A stretch of DNA of 63,525 bases, filler included, from Bilabrum cf. latius (Eukaryota): the NCBI GenBank assembly GCA_965178125.1. It is 3 parts of 3 records of this genome, joined end to end, with 100 filler letters (N's around TTAATTAATTAA, not from the genome) between each part and the next. Parts side by side here need not be neighbours in the genome. Positions count along the whole stretch, not along the records: positions 25,403 to 50,535 come from CBCXTV010000040.1; 2 more parts are not named here. The stretch is one strand, 5' to 3'. Below, piece after piece: positions 34,301 through 41,669 of this stretch (within the stretch, counting starts at the first letter, position 1; each line of letters opens with the position of its first letter). The notes under the pieces are model-generated. The model ran no database searches, was not told the origin of the DNA, and was given only the letters and a program-made list of their open reading frames with translations. The translations under genes were made by a program, and so were the position numbers.

Positions 34301-37300
34301 CGGAAGAGTCCACATGTCGTTCCCTTCGTCGGGATGGAGTCGCTGTCTGCGTCGTCTGGAAGGTGGCAGGTGCTAGCAACGTACACCTGCCGGTTGTCAT
34401 CGCTGTCGGGGACGAAGGTGCGAATGCCTCGGCGCACGAAGCGGAAGATGTCTGTGCCATGCATCTTGTTCCAAATGTCGAGCCAAGTGTGTCGCTGGCT
34501 CAGTCGTTTGCCGTCGGGCACGGAGAACACGGTAACACTCGTGCCAGAGTTGATGGCGGGCATGACAAGACTCTTGAGCGTGTGCTCGAACCCTGGGTTC
34601 ATCTGTGGTGGCACCTCAATGAGCAACTGCTTCCCCTGCCACGGGAGATAGTCCTTATTGCGGGCGCGCATCGCGTCGGACAAGCGATGCAGGGCGCATC
34701 CGCTCAGCCCGTGGTCCTTGCAGATGCTCAGCTTCTGGCGACTGCCGATCACATGCGCGGTGCCTGCCACAAAGAACGCATTGAACCCGGAAGTATTGAA
34801 CACACTGCACGGATATGCTGAGCACGGTTTGTCAGAGATGACCCCACCAGCTTCAGCCGATCGGCATCCACATGGTGGGGCCTGCACTCCACCTGGCGGA
34901 CCGGCAAAGTCTGCATCCATGGTCTCGAGATGGACCGGAAGAATCGGGGGCGCCATCGGTGCGGGGGTCCTCGGCATTCTCGGCGTGATGGTGCGAAGCG
35001 ACATCATCTCGTTCCCCTGCTGCTCGGTCAAGGTCGGTTGCTCACTGCTTTCCTGCGTCAGCAGGCTGACCTTCCTGGCCGCGAGGCTCTTCTCGTCGAA
35101 GTTGCTGCAGGGAAGCAGCAGGTGTCCGCTGGGCGATGTCTCAAGCTTGAAGCTCTCGGTGCCGGAAGGTAGCGCCTTCGTCAAGTCATAGTCCCCTTCG
35201 CCACAGAGGTACAGGCGCATGTCCTGGAGGTCGAGAATCGCGCGAGCGTTACGCATGGTGGCCAGGCCCAGAAGACCTGGCAGCTCCGAGTTTGGCACAA
35301 TCGGGGTGATGAACTCGCCCAAGATGGCGTCGGCTCGTGTGTCGGACTTGAGCACAATGGGTAGACGTGCGTCCTTGTTGCACCACTGTGACCCGTGGCC
35401 GACGCCCGAGACACGAAGGGGCTTCGGCCTGGTATACTCTGATGGGCGGTACCCATGGTCAATCGCCTGAAGTCCAAGTTTCCGAGCCCATTGATCGCCG
35501 CAGAGATTGCCCACGGAGCCGGGGTCAATGAGAAGGGCGCTGCTGCCGTCCAACGGCCTTGTGTTCATGTGGTAGTAGTCGCCAGCTCCATTGACCCGAA
35601 GCGGTGCATCCTGGTACTGCATGTTCTCGTACGTCGTGTAATGGGAGGCCCCCTCCGCCTCTGTCGTCACCTCGGTGGTCTTCTTCGGATCGTTCGGCGT
35701 CGCCATCCTGTCGTCTTCCTCGGCACTCGCATCGAGCTCCGGGTCCAACTGCAGCCACTGGAGCTCTGGTCTTGACTTGGCATAGCGCTGGAAGGCCTGC
35801 TTGACCTTCGGGGCCCACATGTTGATCGGAGTGCTGAGGAGGCCATCGACTCGGTGAGAGCTGGGTTCCTTGATGCCCGGCGGATGAACGGCCCACAGCA
35901 CCGGGGTCGTCGCAATGGTGTTGTTGGCGTTGCCGTTGACGTCGATGTAGGTTTTGGCGTAGACGGCATCGGCGCACCTCGGACAGATCAACTGGTAGAA
36001 CAGAGACTCGCACGTCTCAGATTCCTGGAGGTGTTGGTCGTAGTCCGCTTGGCCCTGGTCTATCATGAACCGGAAGACACCGTACTGCTGCTGCTCGTAC
36101 TCGCCGTAGCACTTCGCGTGCAGGCGGCATCCACACGAGAGGATCACGGTGTTGGAGTCGGCAGACTCGACACGGCCGTCGTCGTACAGCACCTCGCACC
36201 ACAGCTTCCGGCAAATGGCGCAGGAATTGTGGCCGCAGTCGCGAGGCTGTTCCTCCTTACTGGGGGGTGGCTCCGCCACGCTTCCTGCGGCAACGCTATC
36301 GCATGGAGGTGCTGCCGGGGCTGTCGTCGCGGATGCGTCGTCCCTGCGGGGTGTTGTCCGCCTGGCCTGCGAAGGGTCCTCGACTGGCGTGTCAGGGGCG
36401 GCGCGCTTCTCCACAGACGACTCGCGTGCTTGCGATGCCGAACGCCCAGATGCGCTGGGGCTGCGAGAGGTGCACTCTCGGCGTCGCGGCATCCTCTTAC
36501 AGATCGATTTCTGAACAGGTGTCCTCCGACTCGAACGGCGCGAAGCCGGCGTCCGCGTAGTCTTTGGGTCCTTCGCGGGCATAGGCGCCGGCGCCGGAGG
36601 CATTGGCTGCGCCAGTTCGGCTGCCGCCCGGAACGGGGCGGCCACATCAACGGGCGCATCGTACATCGGAGCATCCTGGCTCTCCAACATGGGTGCCAAA
36701 CTTGGATACGTGACCTGCGTCTCGTCGAGCACGACCGCGCTCCCGATGCCCGAAGTCAGCGCCGACGGCGGCGCGGCTGAGGGCGGAAGGAGCTGCGGTC
36801 TCCAATCGCTGAGGCCTGCGGCGCCTTGGGCGCTCACAACGGGTGTAGAGGGCGCCAATGATCGGCTCTGCGTGGTGCTACTCCCGAGAGCGCTCTGCGC
36901 CACATTGATCACATTGTACGCCACACTCGCCAAGGCGCCCCATGCCTGACCACCGACCGTGTGAATTGCAGATTGGCCGGTGGGGTTCAGCCGATCGGCA
37001 TCCCCACCACCAGCCTGTCCGACATCCGCATCGCTCGCCGGCATCGTCTGGCCAGCGAATGTGCCATACATTGAACGGATCGGCACCGGCTGCGTCCGCT
37101 GAGTACTTTCGCTGCTGGCCGAGGTCCTGTCTGGCGTGAACGACACCGGAGCGCCGGCGGTGTTGGGGCTGCCCACGTAGCTGACGGTCGGCGGCTGAGC
37201 GCTGCCCATTGGTCTTGGATTCGGCGGGCTCGGGGCCGGCGCAGGCTGCGTCGGCCGGAGACTGGCGTTGATCAGGTCCTGGTACGGATTCTGCGGGCTC

Positions 37301-38994
37301 GAGACCGGCGCAAGCTGCGTCGGCCGGAGACTGGCGTTGATCAAGTCTTGGTATGCTGAGCCCACTGCGGCACCCGTGGCTTGCATGGAGGCCTGCGCGA
37401 GGGTGTGCTCATAGAGCTCCTTGCCAATCTTTTCCCGCCAGCATTGTCCCATTTGGGCAACGAAATCGCGAGGCTGTCGCGGCCCCTCACGTCGGTCTTC
37501 TCCTCGCTGTTGCTGCTGGAGGTCCCGGTTCGATCGAATCACCTCGGCGAGATGATAGCTGCCAAGACGAACATTCAAATGGTCGGCGTCCGGGTAGAAC
37601 TGGGGAGCGAAGTGTTCCTTCTTCTGCTTCGTGTGCTTGAAGAGCTCCACCACTGTGTTGCTCACCTGGCCGGCGGCTCGATCGGTACCTGCGACCAGGT
37701 TCCTTCTGCCGTCGTCGTGCTGGCAGTAGCCCTGATGCCTCTGGACGCCGTCCAACCGATGCTTCTCGTAGATGGTCGGCCAGCGGGGCAACTCCTGATT
37801 CATGGTCTGCGACTGGTACTTCTTGTCCCAGGTGTAGGTGTCCTTCTCCTCAAACCTGCTGGTGTTACTGTCGCCTTCAGCGTACGACGCCTGCTGACTG
37901 CTCGCACTCGCGGGGAGGTAACCTGCCCTCACCAGGTCCGGAACCGAGCTGCTGGAGCTCGGGTGACTGGTGTGCGAGGCGGATGCGTCGTCGCTGTACT
38001 GGGAGTTCGTCATGAAAACCTGGCGAAAGTCACCTGACCCAGGGAATTGTTCAACCTGGGAGTGGAAGAGAACGGTGGAATGTCCATCGACCACTTGAGC
38101 ACGCGCAAGCTCTTCGTCGTTCCAGAGAGTGCCGGACGAGTCGACCGGCATCGTCATGTGTGCATTGACCATGAAGCCCTGGAACATCGGGTTCCGCTCG
38201 GCGGGCCCTTGTGAGGAGGAGGATGCGGCACCTGGTCCCATCTGCCATTGTGACCACGAAGTCCCACCAAAGTGGACAAGTTGATCGTTTCCGGATTCCC
38301 CTCCTTTCCCGCCGCCCTTCTGAGGGCAGCGGGCGGCGAAGTGCTCCTCAGATCCGCAGATGCGACACGTCATCACCTTTCCATCTGATCCGACGGGGTT
38401 TCGCATTCGCCCAAAGCCACCTGCAGAGGAGAACTTGCCCTTTCCTTTTCCTTTTCCTTTTCCTTTTCCTTTTCCTTTTCCTTTGTTGAACAGGAAGGCA
38501 CCAAAGTCGTGCATGTCCTGGGGATCGCTGGCGTCGGCCAAGTACTGATGATGGCGCCGAGTGAAGGGCTTTCCTTGGTATGATCGTCTCTTCTGAAAGT
38601 GCCCGGCCTGATCACGACGAAACTTAAAGAAGCGGAATGCCCTGCGGAACCGTCTTGTTGGCCGCCGCGTCGTTCGGCGCCAATCTCGCTTGGCCTTTCG
38701 GTACTGGAAGTAGATCTGCTCGTCGTGAGTCGCGGCCTGGCTGGGGTCGATGTCGTCCTCGCCGTAGTCCGAGGACGTGGCCGACGAGGACTCGGCCTCT
38801 GACTCATACAACTCGCCGTGAGTCATCAGGACGACCATGGTGTCCTCGCCCTCGGGCGAGGTCGGAGCTCCTTTCGAATCGGCGACCGGAGAGACTGTTG
38901 CATATGAAGGCTGAGCGGCACAAGCTGACAGAGCGGCTTCAGCCGATCGGCATCCACACGCTCCGTCTTGCACATTGACCGGATTCCATGCCAT
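31336..38994 (-). CDS. Polyprotein: CCHC zinc knuckle, RING-like Cys cluster, aspartic protease, integrase
   Basis: CRICGSEEHFAARC; LLIDPGSVGNL...LPGLLG; HVRWWH...CTVC; DDE motifs ECDLIF, MDGEGG, IERRG. Confidence 0.9.
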   Translation of the reverse strand: MAWNPVNVQDGACGCRSAEAALSACAAQPSYATVSPVADSKGAPTSPEGEDTMVVLMTHGELYESEAESSSATSSDYGEDDIDPSQAATHDEQIYFQYRKAKRDWRRTTRRPTRRFRRAFRFFKFRRDQAGHFQKRRSYQGKPFTRRHHQYLADASDPQDMHDFGAFLFNKGKGKGKGKGKGKGKGKFSSAGGFGRMRNPVGSDGKVMTCRICGSEEHFAARCPQKGGGKGGESGNDQLVHFGGTSWSQWQMGPGAASSSSQGPAERNPMFQGFMVNAHMTMPVDSSGTLWNDEELARAQVVDGHSTVLFHSQVEQFPGSGDFRQVFMTNSQYSDDASASHTSHPSSSSSVPDLVRAGYLPASASSQQASYAEGDSNTSRFEEKDTYTWDKKYQSQTMNQELPRWPTIYEKHRLDGVQRHQGYCQHDDGRRNLVAGTDRAAGQVSNTVVELFKHTKQKKEHFAPQFYPDADHLNVRLGSYHLAEVIRSNRDLQQQQRGEDRREGPRQPRDFVAQMGQCWREKIGKELYEHTLAQASMQATGAAVGSAYQDLINASLRPTQLAPVSSPQNPYQDLINASLRPTQPAPAPSPPNPRPMGSAQPPTVSYVGSPNTAGAPVSFTPDRTSASSESTQRTQPVPIRSMYGTFAGQTMPASDADVGQAGGGDADRLNPTGQSAIHTVGGQAWGALASVAYNVINVAQSALGSSTTQSRSLAPSTPVVSAQGAAGLSDWRPQLLPPSAAPPSALTSGIGSAVVLDETQVTYPSLAPMLESQDAPMYDAPVDVAAPFRAAAELAQPMPPAPAPMPAKDPKTTRTPASRRSSRRTPVQKSICKRMPRRRECTSRSPSASGRSASQARESSVEKRAAPDTPVEDPSQARRTTPRRDDASATTAPAAPPCDSVAAGSVAEPPPSKEEQPRDCGHNSCAICRKLWCEVLYDDGRVESADSNTVILSCGCRLHAKCYGEYEQQQYGVFRFMIDQGQADYDQHLQESETCESLFYQLICPRCADAVYAKTYIDVNGNANNTIATTPVLWAVHPPGIKEPSSHRVDGLLSTPINMWAPKVKQAFQRYAKSRPELQWLQLDPELDASAEEDDRMATPNDPKKTTEVTTEAEGASHYTTYENMQYQDAPLRVNGAGDYYHMNTRPLDGSSALLIDPGSVGNLCGDQWARKLGLQAIDHGYRPSEYTRPKPLRVSGVGHGSQWCNKDARLPIVLKSDTRADAILGEFITPIVPNSELPGLLGLATMRNARAILDLQDMRLYLCGEGDYDLTKALPSGTESFKLETSPSGHLLLPCSNFDEKSLAARKVSLLTQESSEQPTLTEQQGNEMMSLRTITPRMPRTPAPMAPPILPVHLETMDADFAGPPGGVQAPPCGCRSAEAGGVISDKPCSAYPCSVFNTSGFNAFFVAGTAHVIGSRQKLSICKDHGLSGCALHRLSDAMRARNKDYLPWQGKQLLIEVPPQMNPGFEHTLKSLVMPAINSGTSVTVFSVPDGKRLSQRHTWLDIWNKMHGTDIFRFVRRGIRTFVPDSDDNRQVYVASTCHLPDDADSDSIPTKGTTCGLFRRIFVLLVVVLLMLLGVHVGVARYDQGVPGHTRLSSSGPPAGGPSSTPSTSRPPQGGQETTTSYDPGAGSSSIRSQQRCDRGVLAFPTEAKQREKERRKLQKEAGNPHVAKKRTKIIEDHFDDCGEDLASLGSDPALLVGRYPVEVGFEQQINAGTVVYPVGPSSSSSGSGAASHSGPQLAPRPPGHRQKPVRDRRVPPGNEACLCPACQRNIAMDDPAHNRKVGQCAWPHVVPFYPGCQACQDRCQRGDPAHTFRFGECRFATGYVPVTRAARGDRPHDPVPPDTSEPTARLAPVDPDGRPMGTADEERVVAADRAQQGEARGCRSAEAALPDSVTRSSGPAEYRPAPPLPPDVVEVPDDAVDGRGQDGPRRAQRPRYADAAVGEAPQPDWTHFDIGNSVRALRTDNEAVIRRVLRKLHVRWWHASAQTLTRMLHRAGVPQKALDLVPSIVHSCTVCREWSRPGPMSASNAAIPDRFNEQVECDLIFISGHTILHMLDRCTRWHAAEVIPNKESATLINGITRLWFQTHGPPKELIMDGEGGISGSDDAKLFLNHHGVRLVVRPKDTHARYIERRGAIFRDCVHRLVTQCNVDGLNVPFERVLAEAVFAGNALLTVNGSTPYNAVYGRVPHILPSADQIDYPGGATKTSDLLSTRRLRELAVQAVVEGSAQARINRALGTRTTMAGEQLQLQLGDEVDFYREPSTKDVSGWYGPATVVDLTNLSRGMITLRWLRGLYEVAIRHVRRHLSYFTLDLSYATYNSPVHRNVWSTVVRMVNQLNEGTTISVGPEKTPNGWRRTASPVLPVFRAEFLCAARFQLDNVVAVKAGVGARHIGGTHGHELCVSMMWPRGGGPYVFHEQIADYAGHIPRFSVQAAVGPCWAKYCVIQFYCNAESVDLVEQQAQHNSVVPSGASSMATDSAPRLSTIPEERNSDLCDSDGTRQSLLSEFFIHEDPGMQQVLETVLLAGSVGEPKTQDVGTVVWMPIG

Positions 38995-39048
38995 TGGGGT
39001 CGGCCCCTGGTAGAAGCTGGGCGCACATGCACTGGCTCCCTTGCCCTG

Positions 39049-39972
39049 TTAGCTGTCCTCGAGCATGTGGGGCTGCTCCTCCTGAAAATGGCGAGGCGCG
39101 TCGTGGCGCGCCGGTCGAGCTCTGCTCCGTCCGTCGGGGAAGGTCTCAGTGATGCCGACGAGGGGGTTTGACGCGTTCTGATCTTGCAGGAGGGCGTAGG
39201 ACTTGATGTCGTTGACCAGATTCGCATAGCCGACCTGCGTCGTGGGCAAGACGTTATTCGGAAGGCGTCTCGTGATCTCCCACAGGGCATGCTGCGGGAG
39301 CCCACTCAGTCGGACCATCTGGTGGCAGTGGTGACGCCACGGAAAGAACTCCTTCCCTTCGTCGAGCTGTCGAGTACGGAGATATTCGTAGCGATCGTGC
39401 ATTTGTTCGAACGTCTCCGTCGAGTACCGCTCGAACCGGTAGAGCTCGTCATCAATGGCGGCCTGGTCATCGGCCGCCCTGGGCGCATACTTCTCCACGA
39501 GGTCAGTGATGATCATCGACACGGGGTCCTGAACGTGGCCAGTTGCGTCATTCGTACGGCCCCGGATCAAGTCGGTCACCTTCCATCGCTGTCGTAGGAG
39601 GGCGGCACTACCCTGCAGACCGTTGGCGACGATGTTGCCTATCTCGTGGTGCTGGAACCGAGTGACACTGAGCCAACGCTGCAGGTCCTCGATGTACTCC
39701 CGCAAGGTGTAGTTGCGATCGGCAGGGTTCCAAGTGGGCGGCGCCGTCAAGTTGCCCATCGTAATCGAACGCGCTGACCTGTACGGGATCGCATAGGCGA
39801 CGATGGTGAGGATGGCTGCGAGAATCATCGCATGCATCATCCCCAACAGGTAGTGCACACGGCTGTGGGTGGCGTCGGGAGGCTGCATGCGCTGCTGCAC
39901 CGTCAAGGTGATTTCCGACGTCCGGTAAGTCGTGCGGCTCGCCTCCGTCACGTCCGTCACGTGTTGCTTCAT
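39049..39972 (-). CDS. Gag-like capsid region, in frame with the polyprotein across one TAA
   Basis: APPTWNP...LREYIEDLQRWL and LYRFERYSTETFEQMHDRYE; immediately downstream of the PBS. Confidence 0.7.
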   Translation of the reverse strand: MKQHVTDVTEASRTTYRTSEITLTVQQRMQPPDATHSRVHYLLGMMHAMILAAILTIVAYAIPYRSARSITMGNLTAPPTWNPADRNYTLREYIEDLQRWLSVTRFQHHEIGNIVANGLQGSAALLRQRWKVTDLIRGRTNDATGHVQDPVSMIITDLVEKYAPRAADDQAAIDDELYRFERYSTETFEQMHDRYEYLRTRQLDEGKEFFPWRHHCHQMVRLSGLPQHALWEITRRLPNNVLPTTQVGYANLVNDIKSYALLQDQNASNPLVGITETFPDGRSRARPARHDAPRHFQEEQPHMLEDS

Positions 39973-40082
39973 TGAACCGTAATCGTCAAGGCTGCCGTCG
40001 AGTGGTGAGTTCGGCGACACAGGCGTCTCCCGCGCAGGGGACGTAGGGGTGGATCGGGAGGAGAGAGTCCTGCAACCACGCT

Positions 40083-40094
40083 GCTCCGCTACCA
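40083..40094 (-). promoter_or_regulatory. Primer-binding site of element 1 (initiator tRNA-Met type)
   Basis: TGGTAGCGGAGC upstream of gag; the identical 12-mer follows the 5' LTR of element 3. Confidence 0.75.
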
Positions 40095-41669
40095 GGTCGA
40101 GAGACAGCCGCCTGGCCCGCGGAATCATGCGCTCTTGAGCCCAAGATGTACAGCAAGATGACCTTGAAGCTCGCGTAGCGACGAACCATGGCTGCTGAGC
40201 AAGGAGATGATTTTCCGCTGATGAGCGCAAGGGACCGCAAGTCAGGGGATTGTCTCGGGGTATGCTATACAAAAGGAAAGAACTTGTATGGCTTGCTGCA
40301 GCAATAGCCTGAGCCGTAGCTGCCAACACAACCATAAAGGTGCACTGCGAGTGCACCCCCTCGTCGGGACCCTCCTTTGCCCGTGCCCTTGGCCTCGGGT
40401 CCCTTCCCAGAGCCCCTGCTCTGGCTCCTGGCCCCACGGCCTGCAGGCGGTGCCTGAGCCTGAGGGGCAGCCTTCTGCGTATCGCGCCTCTGTGGAATGA
40501 CCATGCGCGCGTAGAAGTACTCGACACGGCGATTGGGACGGGGCTCGTGAACGGACGGGTGAATGCCGAACATGTCCTCGTGGAAGTGGGCGGCATTCCC
40601 CATGTAGATCGGTCCGTTGATGACCGCACGATGGCGCCGGTACATGCCGTGGGCGTACCGGCACATCCAATCGTGGGCTTCCCGTCCCAGCATTCCACCG
40701 GGCCACTCTCTCGGATTGGCCATCGGGTGGACCCTCGCCCCCATGGGCTCGTAGTCGATGTCAAGAGGGGTCCACGGAACGTCCAGACCCTCCGGGACCA
40801 ACTCGCCGCCCATTCCCGAGACGGGTTCCGTTGCCGCGGCACTTGCCACCGAAGGAGTTATGCTGGGAGGGGGGACAGGCGAGGCGGCGGGCAACGCTGC
40901 GGACGAACCGCTGCTTCGTCCGACCGCCTGTGCCGCTTCCTCCCCCTGCTTCGCTCCCTTCGGGGTCTTCTTCCTCTTCTTACTCGTCGCTCCGGAAGAT
41001 GCCGCGGCCGAGGAAGGGGTACTGGGCTTCGGAACGGCGGGAGCCGCTATGCCGCAGCTGATGGCGTACTTGGCTTCGGAACGGACGCAGTCGACGGCGG
41101 CGGTGCCGTCCCGGACCCTAATGCCGACGATGCGGGGACCGCCGAAGACGCTGGCTCTGCCCCTGGCGTCATCGTAGGCTTTGGCCGCTCAACCTCATAC
41201 GCGCTCTTAAAGAACTTCCTCGACTTCCTTTTCTCCCCGGCCTCCGACGACTGAGCTTCTGCCACCTCCTGCTCAGCCTTCTCCCTCGCCTCGTGCAAGA
41301 ATGCCGCCGCTTTCGCCTGAGCGTCCTTCCTCGTATTGGCGAGGATCTCATCGCGCGTCGCCCCGATCCTCACGGCGGCTGACGGCGTGAACTCGCCAAA
41401 GCGGGCGGCCAATTCTCCCACGCGCGACCTCTTCTCCTCCCTCGTCAACGCTCCCGTAGGCTTGACGACCCGCGACCCCTGTGGCTGGGGCGGCTCGGGT
41501 CCCAGGCGAAGACGCCGAGACCTCGTATCCGGAGCCGCGACCGAGGATGGCCCTGACTCGAAGGCCAGCGCGACACGTCGCACGGAGCCCCCCCGTTCCT
41601 GAGCTTGGACCGTAACACGGGGCAACGCTGCGGACGAACCGCTGCTTCGTCCCGCACCCGGCGCCTTGC

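Larger units (their letters stand above)
25403..40355 (-). mobile_element. Giant Ty1/copia LTR retrotransposon, element 1 (over 14.9 kb, 3' end beyond the contig; 5' boundary approximate)
   Basis: Order PBS-gag-CCHC-PR-IN-RT-RNase H (IN before RT is copia order), followed by a long cargo ORF. Confidence 0.88.

Noticed and set aside
37245-37352. Short internal duplication (YQDLINASLRPTQ twice); also the GK repeat near 38440-38484
   Set aside because: Ordinary local duplication and low-complexity linker.
40217-40250. Hammerhead at CTGATGAGCGC
   Set aside because: No stem II followed by GAAA.
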